In this document: positions 9,912-17,130 of the stretch, piece after piece
Position numbering within the stretch: position 1 is the stretch's first letter
Layout: every line of letters begins with the position of its first letter
DNA from: a virus
Taxonomy: Duplodnaviria; Caudoviricetes
Direction: 5' to 3' (one strand)
IMG/VR virus record: IMGVR_UViG_3300005663_000110
Location: 1 to 39,898 of that record
DNA: 39,898 nucleotides
Program-made: the position numbers and the translations under genes
The notes under the pieces: generated by a model
The model's database searches: none
Seen by the model: the letters and a program-made list of their open reading frames with translations, nothing else
Told to the model about the DNA's origin: nothing

Positions 9912-10202
9912 TTTCCTAAATAGGAAATATAATAGGATATTCTGGATATATATTAGGGATGAGAGAATTTCACGTGTGCCGGACTGCTAGGATAGGGTGG
10001 TACCACCCCTCGACCACCACGGCCGGAGGGTACTACCCCCGGGTTCGGGTTTCGAGAATCTTGAACGTTGTGAGTATGTTTTGAGATCCGTACAAAACTC
10101 GTAAGCTTGCTTACGTGCTTAACGTAATAATAAAAATATAAAAGAATTATCGCACCATGTACCAATTATTGAGATATACTCTATATGTAGCAATGGTGCT
10201 AC
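9912..10202. promoter_or_regulatory. divergent control region with several perfect palindromes
   Basis: TTTCCTA-AA-TAGGAAA 9912-9927; GGGTGGTACCACCC 9995-10008; CGTAAGC-TT-GCTTACG 10100-10115; GTAGCA-ATGG-TGCTAC 10187-10202. Confidence 0.55.
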
Positions 10203-10217
10203 TGAAAGGGGTTTATA

Positions 10218-10442
10218 GTGAAAAACGTTTATGAGTACACCGAAACAATCAACTCAGCTATCCCAATGCGTCGCAACCGTCAACTGTTCAGCAGCAAAGT
10301 GAAAGCCAAAGGACATTTTCTTGATAAGTCTGGGATGCGTCTTGACCCTTTGGCTGATTCCAAAGTTTATCGTGAAGATAACATATGGTCAGTCACGATC
10401 GACAATACAACGTATGAATGGATCGTTGTTGATTTGTATTAA
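10218..10442 (+). CDS. hypothetical early protein
   Basis: 74 aa, GTG start after AAAGGGG. Confidence 0.65.
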   Translation: MKNVYEYTETINSAIPMRRNRQLFSSKVKAKGHFLDKSGMRLDPLADSKVYREDNIWSVTIDNTTYEWIVVDLY

Positions 10443-10450
10443 ACCCTGTT

Positions 10451-10496
10451 TACCCGTCAAGGTGGTTATTAGCTGTTCGATTCAGTTAAGCGGGTA
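10451..10496 (+). ncRNA. tRNA-like mini-structure (acceptor-like stem plus T-arm, no anticodon arm)
   Basis: TACCCGT/GCGGGTA 7-bp stem; TTAGCTG-TTCGATT-CAGTTAA arm with T-loop-like heptaloop. Confidence 0.4.
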
Positions 10497-10548
10497 TTGC
10501 GTAACTATGCTAACAGTAATCAGGTAAAATAATTAAAGGGGTTAGACA

Positions 10549-10728
10549 ATGACAAAAGTTGATTTGATAGCGGTTATAACAAAGGCATACTTTCCCAAGA
10601 ACTTTGATTATGACAATAACATGAAACAGGTTAAGCGGTTTACCAGTAAACAAAATCGCATGGTCAAGGCTGACCTGATAGACTTAGCTCGTACCGCCTG
10701 TGATGCGTTAGAACAAAGAGGGGAATAG
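10549..10728 (+). CDS. hypothetical early protein (59 aa, below ORF-track cutoff)
   Basis: AAAGGGG RBS; MTKVDLIAVITKAYF...; internal repeat MTKVDLI/MVKADLI. Confidence 0.6.
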   Translation: MTKVDLIAVITKAYFPKNFDYDNNMKQVKRFTSKQNRMVKADLIDLARTACDALEQRGE

Positions 10729-10822
10729 TACACTTACACGCCGTCCCCTTACCCCCACGGGGGTTATCGGGTCGATATTTTAGGTTAAACATTAATTGGA
10801 ACGTATAATCAGGAGATATATT

Positions 10823-10969
10823 ATGAAAACTGGTAAAAAAAAATGTCCAGATTGTGATGCAACCATGATAATCGAATCCCATTCTGTATCAGTAGAATGT
10901 CAGGATATAGAATTAGACTTTCCCACGTGTAAAGAATGTGGTTATGTCGAATACGATACTAATTATTAG
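10823..10969 (+). CDS. small zinc-ribbon protein (48 aa)
   Basis: AGGAG RBS; CPDC...CKECG. Confidence 0.65.
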   Translation: MKTGKKKCPDCDATMIIESHSVSVECQDIELDFPTCKECGYVEYDTNY

Positions 10970-11037
10970 GCTAAAAACCCAGATGTTAAAATAGGGTAGC
11001 CGTTTTTAGGGCGTGCGTCCAATAAACAAGCAATACG

Positions 11038-11082
11038 ACAAAAATGTAGCATTAATGGTCGAAAGTTACAAAATTGTAGCAT
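11038..11082. repeat. 15-bp direct repeat pair, operator-like
   Basis: ACAAAAATGTAGCAT (11038-11052) and ACAAAATTGTAGCAT (11068-11082), 30-bp period. Confidence 0.6.
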
Positions 11083-11153
11083 AACTGATAGTTATTTGTT
11101 AAAGTTATGATAATATAAGCACAGCTAATAATAGACAGTAAAGGGGAAATAAA

Positions 11154-11297
11154 ATGACGGCGTACCAAAAATTATTAAAGATACTCGAAATGTTAGGTAA
11201 AGAGGATAGTGTACTAAGTAAACTCACAGAAGATGAGTGTGTAGGGGTTATCTATACTCTAAGTTTGACTGTGGACGATGCAATAGCTGATGCATAG
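11154..11297 (+). CDS. hypothetical early protein (47 aa)
   Basis: AAAGGGG RBS; MTAYQKLLKILEMLG... Confidence 0.55.
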   Translation: MTAYQKLLKILEMLGKEDSVLSKLTEDECVGVIYTLSLTVDDAIADA

Positions 11298-11307
11298 TAT
11301 GCTTATG

Positions 11308-11347
11308 AGATACCCGTCCTAAAGGCGAAATGCTAAGGCGGGTATCT
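11308..11347 (+). other. intergenic hairpin
   Basis: AGATACCCG/CGGGTATCT 9-bp perfect stem extended by CCT/AGG. Confidence 0.55.
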
Positions 11348-11376
11348 GATAAATATATTATAAAAGGAGAATTATT

Positions 11377-11646
11377 ATGAAACACAGAATGTATAGAGTA
11401 AGGGAACATCGGGGAGAACCAATGGATTATGACGTACTATCGTCTGAGATAACCGCCGTGGCTGCTAAGAATAGCTGTGTACGTGCTGGGGATTACCGGA
11501 ATACGTGGTGGGTTGATGTGCTGGAAGAGCTAGAACTGGATGGTACGCTGGATATAGGAGAAGTCGATACGATATGCTTAGAAGCAACAACACCGGATAA
11601 GGACACGTTCTATAACCAGCAGTACATAGAGGACGATCAATGTTAG
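11377..11646 (+). CDS. hypothetical acidic protein
   Basis: 89 aa, AAGGAG RBS. Confidence 0.65.
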   Translation: MKHRMYRVREHRGEPMDYDVLSSEITAVAAKNSCVRAGDYRNTWWVDVLEELELDGTLDIGEVDTICLEATTPDKDTFYNQQYIEDDQC

Positions 11647-12122
11647 TACAACAGATAGAATTGAGTAATGGCATGTTCACTACAGTTGACGCTGGAGATT
11701 TTAAATGGCTAAACCAATGGAAATGGTCATTTAATAAAGGATACGTAATAGGAGGCCATAGGCCAGAGGGTAAAAACTCTTCACCTGTATTAATGCACCG
11801 TGTTATAATGGATCCACCTAATGATAAATTTGTTGACCACACAAATCACGATACATTAGACAATAGGAGATGTAATTTAAGAGTATGTACTAAGGGGCAG
11901 AATCAGTTTAATAAGTTGCCACAAGGGGGAACTTCACGCTTTAAAGGGGTAAGCTGGAATGAGCAAACGAGTAAATACAAAGTACAAATACAGTTTCAGG
12001 ATAAAAAGTATTACCCAGGATATTTCATAAACGAGATAGAAGCAGCTATAACCTACGATTTATGGGCTATTAAACTATTTGGTGAGTTTGCTCACTTAAA
12101 TTTTCTAAACAAGGGCAGATAA
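11640..12122 (+). CDS. HNH endonuclease with C-terminal AP2 domain
   Basis: MHRVIM...VDHTNHDTLDNRRCNLR (HNH); SRFKGVSW...EAAITYD..AIKLFGEFAHLNF (AP2). Confidence 0.9.
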   Translation: MLVQQIELSNGMFTTVDAGDFKWLNQWKWSFNKGYVIGGHRPEGKNSSPVLMHRVIMDPPNDKFVDHTNHDTLDNRRCNLRVCTKGQNQFNKLPQGGTSRFKGVSWNEQTSKYKVQIQFQDKKYYPGYFINEIEAAITYDLWAIKLFGEFAHLNFLNKGR

Positions 12123-12289
12123 TGAACCACGCTAGGCGATCCATACAATTTCCGATAATAATAACCCCGTGTATACTGTGGACACCTTTGATGTTATGGG
12201 GATTAGACGTAATAATTGGACATAAGATATTCATATGGTACTGGATATTAAAAATAGGCTGTAAATTATAATTTAAGGAGAATAGTAAA

Positions 12290-12460
12290 ATGACAGTAAA
12301 AGAATTAAAAGAGATTATAAATTTCTGCAACGAAAATATAGAGGTTTTTATCGCACTCACGGACGCAAGAGGTAACACGACCTATGAACCTGTGATACGC
12401 ACTAATAGGACCATTGCCGGATTGTACTTTTACGGGGATACTAGCTTTACACTGGAATAA
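12290..12460 (+). CDS. hypothetical protein (56 aa)
   Basis: AAGGAG RBS; MTVKELKEII start typical of small phage proteins. Confidence 0.6.
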   Translation: MTVKELKEIINFCNENIEVFIALTDARGNTTYEPVIRTNRTIAGLYFYGDTSFTLE

Positions 12461-12815
12461 ATCTCGATAACCAGTATCTTGGGGCGATTACTCACAACGT
12501 TGCTACTTACCACCTATATAAGAAAATTATAGCTTTCAACTTATAGAAAAAGATATATTAAAATCTGTACGCAGCGTAGAAGGTACATTATTTTTTGTTA
12601 GAGTCACACCTCGCACCTTATATAGGTAGTAAAATAGTATAAACAGAGCGTAGACTACTCACAAAACAGGTGGTATTATTATTACATATAGAATCCAGAG
12701 TTACCATAGATAGAGGATATTTAAGACGATCACGAACAAAGTTTAACAGGTTTCGTAAATAAGTACAAGTAGAAAGTGGTTTGAAAACCGGAATCTACGT
12801 GTAGTCTGAAATTTA
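12461..12815. other. AT-rich non-coding region, candidate replication origin
   Basis: about 350 nt without an ORF; inverted repeat TACCACCTATATAAG (12508-12522)/CTTATATAGGTAGTA (12617-12631). Confidence 0.4.
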
Positions 12816-12826
12816 GGAGATAAGGT

Positions 12827-13213
12827 ATGCCCCAGAAAAGGATGAAATACGATCAATATTCAGCCCAGAATCAGGCCAAATGTGCTATAAAGAAAGCCGA
12901 GAAACTCAGAGTAACATCGCTCACAACAGCAGACAGTAGACCAGCAGACCTATACAAATTGGCCGAGTATATAAATGGTAAATGCACGCCCGAAGAGATT
13001 GAAAACCTCCGGAGCGTGTTAAAGATAACGACCCTGATTCCCGATGGTAGACTTTGCCCTTGGCTGGACTGTAAGTATCACTCGCCGAAGTTAAGCAGCA
13101 GACAGAGCTATCGTGTATCCTCCGAGATGATATGCCACCGATGCAAGGGAAACGAAGCGAACAGGAACCGAAAGAAACTTAAAGATAATTTTACGATGGA
13201 AAGAACACACTGA
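12827..13213 (+). CDS. hypothetical protein with Cys/His cluster
   Basis: 128 aa, AGGAG RBS; CPWLDC...CHRC. Confidence 0.65.
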   Translation: MPQKRMKYDQYSAQNQAKCAIKKAEKLRVTSLTTADSRPADLYKLAEYINGKCTPEEIENLRSVLKITTLIPDGRLCPWLDCKYHSPKLSSRQSYRVSSEMICHRCKGNEANRNRKKLKDNFTMERTH

Positions 13214-13262
13214 TTTATTAACCGTATAGAGTTTAGAGATTTAATATAAAGGGAATAAAATC

Positions 13263-13580
13263 ATGGAATGGAAATTGATTGAATGTGAAGATGTACCGTG
13301 TATTATTGATAATAGCGGAGTGTATACTGTTATTAACAGACTTATCGAGACTGAGTACGGTAAGGGTGCTGGTGTTACTTATAAGGGTATCAGGGTCGAT
13401 ATTATGTCATCGGCTGATAATCCACTGGTGAGTATACAAGGCGAAGCAAACGCTGTGCGTAAGTCCGTTATCACTTGGCTAATCTTGCACGCTGTGATGC
13501 CCGTATCGACGGAGCACGCATCGTATATCGGCTATGAAATAATGAGAGCACGAAGCGAAGCAAACTACGTTCAGGCGTAG
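13263..13580 (+). CDS. stand-alone DUF4346-like protein
   Basis: 'DNSGVYTVI...IQG...VSTEHASYIGYEIMRA...YVQA' resembles the DUF4346 consensus DPxGYFxI...HAxYLGxELxKA...YxQD. Confidence 0.6.
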   Translation: MEWKLIECEDVPCIIDNSGVYTVINRLIETEYGKGAGVTYKGIRVDIMSSADNPLVSIQGEANAVRKSVITWLILHAVMPVSTEHASYIGYEIMRARSEANYVQA

Positions 13581-13597
13581 GGAAAGACGGGGTAATT

Positions 13598-13738
13598 ATG
13601 CCTAGTAAATGCCACAATAAGCATGCAGACGGTAATTGTGGTGATTGCATTATTTGCAAGGATCAGGAAAAATTCGATTCAGAAGCACGCAAAGCCACTG
13701 AACAGGAAAATCTTAAACCGGAAGAAGAAACGGAGTAG
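13598..13738 (+). CDS. small Cys-rich protein (46 aa)
   Basis: MPSKCHNKHADGNCGDCIICK...; GGGG RBS-like run. Confidence 0.5.
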   Translation: MPSKCHNKHADGNCGDCIICKDQEKFDSEARKATEQENLKPEEETE

Positions 13739-13741
13739 ACG

Positions 13742-14023
13742 ATGTTAAAACTGATAAAAATAACCGATAATGGCGGCAAAACAATGGATAGATACACTGC
13801 CTATTTCAAAGGCGATGGAGAGATCGACGGCGATTATACGCTGTGCATGTCGCATAATTGCAAGTCTCCGCAGGGAGTCTGCATGTCGGATACTACCAAA
13901 CCAGATTGGATCGAGGCCGATGATGGCAAAGTTATGGTGTTCACAGATTGTCCTTACGATGTGCAGGTGGCAATAGTACAATTCAGGGACGGTGATGATA
14001 GTCTGAACAAGATGACGTTATAA
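13742..14023 (+). CDS. hypothetical phage protein
   Basis: 93 aa; 'DNGGKTMDRYT...LCMS...PQG' looks like a recurrent early-phage family. Confidence 0.65.
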   Translation: MLKLIKITDNGGKTMDRYTAYFKGDGEIDGDYTLCMSHNCKSPQGVCMSDTTKPDWIEADDGKVMVFTDCPYDVQVAIVQFRDGDDSLNKMTL

Positions 14024-14026
14024 AAC

Positions 14027-14068
14027 AGGGGCTGGGTTAATCCGAATGAGAACTAAAGCTCAGCCCCT
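14027..14068 (+). other. intergenic hairpin
   Basis: AGGGGCTGGGT/GCTCAGCCCCT 11-bp stem with two G-U pairs. Confidence 0.55.
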
Positions 14069-14106
14069 ACCGACTATTAATTAGAATTTAATTTGAAGGG
14101 AATAAG

Positions 14107-14265
14107 ATGAGTACTGGACTGAAAGTAGTATTGATATTGGTGTTAATGGCTATTGGTTTTTTATTCTTCAACATATGTTACGGATGGATGGTTTTGGTTT
14201 ACCCGCCATTTGTGGCATTTCCTAAATGGGGATTCATAATACTCCTGTATGCGTTGGTTAAGTAA
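14107..14265 (+). CDS. small membrane protein (52 aa)
   Basis: AAGGG RBS; MSTGLKVVLILVLMAIGFLFFNICYGWMVLVYPPFVAFPKWGFIILLYALVK is almost wholly hydrophobic. Confidence 0.6.
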   Translation: MSTGLKVVLILVLMAIGFLFFNICYGWMVLVYPPFVAFPKWGFIILLYALVK

Positions 14266-14275
14266 AATCTTCACT

Positions 14276-14303
14276 CGGCTGCACTCGTTCGTGGGTGTGG
14301 CCG
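14276..14303 (+). other. intergenic hairpin (terminator or processing site)
   Basis: CGGCTGCACTC/GGGTGTGGCCG 11-bp stem needing three G-U pairs, so RNA-level on + strand. Confidence 0.55.
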
Positions 14304-14343
14304 TGTAAATGTTTTATTAATATAGATAAGGAGAAATCTGATT

Positions 14344-14583
14344 ATGACGATTAGAAAGAGACAGGTAAACAGGATAGTCGACGAGCTAAAAGAGATACGC
14401 AGAATATCAACTATGGATTCTGCTGATTTCAGTAACAGCACTGATAAACCTATGGACTTACCAAAAGAACGTAAGGGTGTTACTGCTTACGTAAAGCGGT
14501 TAACGAGATTATGGCGGTGGACATGGTTAACAGAACCACTTGACAGGGCCATTGACCAGTTAGAGCATGAATTGAACCGTTGA
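14344..14583 (+). CDS. hypothetical protein
   Basis: 79 aa, AAGGAG RBS. Confidence 0.65.
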   Translation: MTIRKRQVNRIVDELKEIRRISTMDSADFSNSTDKPMDLPKERKGVTAYVKRLTRLWRWTWLTEPLDRAIDQLEHELNR

Positions 14584-15068
14584 TGAACCTAATCGGAGCA
14601 ACCTGTGGTCGTCTGAAAGTAACTAGACGGGCAAATGTATATTCCAAAAGACGGAAATGCCCATACTGGGAATGCGTTTGCGGATGTGGTGAAACCAAGA
14701 TTATCCGAGGATCGAATATCACAGCCCGATCACAATTATCCTGCGGATGCCTAAAAGGGTACCACGATACGAAGCACGGTAAATCATACGCTGCCAGATC
14801 ATTGGCCCTGTATTTTCTGCGGGATCATATCGAATCGACGCTGGAGTTTACAGATTCGATCCACGCTGATCGGTTAAGTTTCGATGTTTGCGAATTTGCC
14901 GCTGGATTCCCGGGCACTAGCACTGTAGACTATCCCGATATTTATGACCTGATCGCAGTTATGGGGGTGTTCAATCAGGAATTGGCTGATATGCACCATC
15001 AACTGTACGGATTATATCTACCTAAAGATATGAATTTTGAAATATATGGATTGGAGTATAAAGTATGA
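14580..15068 (+). CDS. protein with homing-endonuclease-type N-terminal Cys domain, no HNH core seen
   Basis: 'LIGATCGRLKV...WECVCGCG...SCGCL...KHGKS'. Confidence 0.65.
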   Translation: MMNLIGATCGRLKVTRRANVYSKRRKCPYWECVCGCGETKIIRGSNITARSQLSCGCLKGYHDTKHGKSYAARSLALYFLRDHIESTLEFTDSIHADRLSFDVCEFAAGFPGTSTVDYPDIYDLIAVMGVFNQELADMHHQLYGLYLPKDMNFEIYGLEYKV

Positions 15069-15256
15069 GCTTATTAAACAAAAAGCACGTTCGGAACTAT
15101 ATATTAGAGCGGGTAAAGAAAACCCGGCCCGGTTTTAACTGCACCCGTGTATCACCCGATGCGTTAACTGCCATAGAATATAAACTTACTGCGATGATAA
15201 ACAAGATTGTTCACGCCCACCCGTCTAAAGGGCAAACTTTTCGTGATATATTATAA
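15065..15256 (+). CDS. putative minimal histone-fold protein
   Basis: 63 aa basic; helix1 - 'TRVS' loop - amphipathic helix2 'PDALTAIEYKLTAMINKIV' - 'GQTF' loop - truncated helix3; GGAG RBS. Confidence 0.6.
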   Translation: MSLLNKKHVRNYILERVKKTRPGFNCTRVSPDALTAIEYKLTAMINKIVHAHPSKGQTFRDIL

Positions 15257-15470
15257 AATAATATCGAACATAAATCGAAGGGGAACGCAATGGAAGAGGC
15301 TATTAAAATATTAGAGAGCATGGGAATTATAGTGGAGATAACGAAATGAGCAAGAAAAAACGAATGTCGCGAAATTTTAGGATTAAAATTAGAATATTGC
15401 GAACATCTGCGTGATGAGGTCGTAATGTATAAATAGATAATATTAACTTTTTGTAACAAGGAGATTTAAA

Positions 15471-15680
15471 ATGGACACAGAACAAAGGGCAGAAGCAAAA
15501 GTCAAGAAAACCCCGTTCCACTACATCGTAGTGGATAATGCGACCAATGAGATCATCGAAGAGGACACAATGCTCTTCGATTCACAGGCCGATGCTGATC
15601 GCTCGCTGCTGATCGCCATAGCCCGTGAGAATCTTGATCTGGATATGTCTGCCGTGGAAATCACAGCCAAGCCCTTTTGA
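15471..15680 (+). CDS. small acidic protein ending in KPF; probable N-terminal part of a +1 frameshift product
   Basis: AAGGAG RBS; ends CCC TTT TGA. Confidence 0.75.
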   Translation: MDTEQRAEAKVKKTPFHYIVVDNATNEIIEEDTMLFDSQADADRSLLIAIARENLDLDMSAVEITAKPF

Positions 15681-16233
15681 TTGGCTAATCCGCGAGAATG
15701 AATGGTCCGATAATTTCAAGATCGGCATTCCCAAGTGGATCACTAATTGTGTATCAGGGTATGATAGGGTTGTCAATGATTTTGGCGATTTTGATAACCT
15801 CAAGCTAGGTATGCAGCTTCATCAGCAGGTCGAGGATAAGTTCTTCGAGTACAACAAGATTAACGATGGCACCAGAGACCCAGATTTACTGAAGCGTATA
15901 GCTGGAGTGTTTGCTGAAGCTGAGCTTAAACCACCAGGCAAGAAGCCGTTTCCGAAGCTGGTCAACGAGTGTGTTGTCGAAAAGCACAACGGGGATATAT
16001 TTATAGCCACGTGTGCTCATTGGAAACGTTGGGAGCATGATGGTTACGAGATTCTACTCTACAAGGGTAGTAGATTTTTTAAGGCCAGTAAGAATGTTGA
16101 CCGTGAAGTATTGCGTGATAACTTGGTGATAAGGTTATTTGATCAGCATCGTCCAGGTGAGCGATACAATGATGCCCTTAAAAGGTGCGAGGATCATTTC
16201 AAGAGAGTCTGGCCCGACAAGGTACTTTATTGA
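15679..16233 (+). CDS. hypothetical protein frame lacking a convincing own start; probable +1 frameshift extension
   Basis: frame open across the upstream stop; first ATG only at about 15810; ORF-track GTG 15625 lies inside the upstream gene with no RBS. Confidence 0.6.
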   Translation, partial: DWLIRENEWSDNFKIGIPKWITNCVSGYDRVVNDFGDFDNLKLGMQLHQQVEDKFFEYNKINDGTRDPDLLKRIAGVFAEAELKPPGKKPFPKLVNECVVEKHNGDIFIATCAHWKRWEHDGYEILLYKGSRFFKASKNVDREVLRDNLVIRLFDQHRPGERYNDALKRCEDHFKRVWPDKVLY

Positions 16234-16420
16234 GTCGCGTCCGTATAAATAAATAATCTTTCCTCGAACATCTGCTGATCGGGTACGTAGTATAGGTAAC
16301 AGTAGCATGGTCGGACGCTTGGGATAGCAAGCGTTGATCGAACTGTATAAAGGACCGAGCGAATTTGCCAAGCATCCGCATAAGCCGTTGACGAGCACAA
16401 GTGCTCGGTCCAGTTTTTGA
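16234..16420 (+). ncRNA. candidate structured RNA or attenuator
   Basis: stems ACGCTTG/CAAGCGT (16315-16334) and GGACCGAGC/GCTCGGTCC (16352-16411) followed by AGTTTTT. Confidence 0.4.
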
Positions 16421-16435
16421 AAGTGAGATAACAGA

Positions 16436-16951
16436 ATGAATAATGGACAACTTCAATACATGAACGGCGAACTCCAATCCCGTATCACCGACCTTGAGCA
16501 GCAGCTTGAAGCGGCGGAGAAAGAAACTAACCTGTGGAAGCTGCGTGTTGATGAAGCTGGTGATTATATCAACGATTACGAGGAGATTCAAGCCGACCTC
16601 GCCGCCAAGACAGATGCGTTGGAGAAGATAAAGCCTTATTTACTAGAATGCCAAAGCTGTTTTATAGCATATGCTAAAGAGGGGACACATCATGGCAGTC
16701 GAGATACCACCAAGTTTTGGGAGACTAAAGCAAAAGCAATAGGGCTTATAATAAAAGCCACCGCAGCCCTCGCCCCCTGTGAGACTTGCGGGGGAAGTGG
16801 ATTTAAACCTAGAGAAAAGCATTGTTCATATAAATCAAGGCTATGTCATAAGATACATGATGGAATAACTTGTAAGCCCAACGGTGTGTGGTGTGAATAT
16901 TACATTCATTCTGAACTTTGCCCCGCCTGCACAGATAAGGAGAATCAGTAG
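16436..16951 (+). CDS. coiled-coil protein with C-terminal CxxCxGxG zinc finger
   Basis: heptad N-terminus; CETCGGSG...CPAC. Confidence 0.65.
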   Translation: MNNGQLQYMNGELQSRITDLEQQLEAAEKETNLWKLRVDEAGDYINDYEEIQADLAAKTDALEKIKPYLLECQSCFIAYAKEGTHHGSRDTTKFWETKAKAIGLIIKATAALAPCETCGGSGFKPREKHCSYKSRLCHKIHDGITCKPNGVWCEYYIHSELCPACTDKENQ

Positions 16952-16953
16952 CT

Positions 16954-17130
16954 ATGAGATTTTTACCAAATGTATTATCAGTCCACATAAACCTGCTGTG
17001 GTTTAAGATCGGCATCGAAACGCTGGTTTATTACCATCAGCTAAAGTACCTAACCCATCTGAAGTTTTACGTATCACTCTTCGGTATTGGGTTTTCATAT
17101 AACATAGGGAGGCGTAAGTTAAATGACTAA
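16954..17130 (+). CDS. hypothetical protein (58 aa)
   Basis: AAGGAG RBS; fills gap between neighbours. Confidence 0.5.
   Translation: MRFLPNVLSVHINLLWFKIGIETLVYYHQLKYLTHLKFYVSLFGIGFSYNIGRRKLND

Noticed and set aside
10451-10500. Canonical tRNA gene
   Set aside because: Too short, with no D-stem, anticodon arm or CCA. Kept only as a tRNA-like element.
16255-16290. HDV-like/theta ribozyme suggested by TCCTCG and CTGCTGAT
   Set aside because: Could not build the P3 and P1 pairings around the TCCTCG loop.
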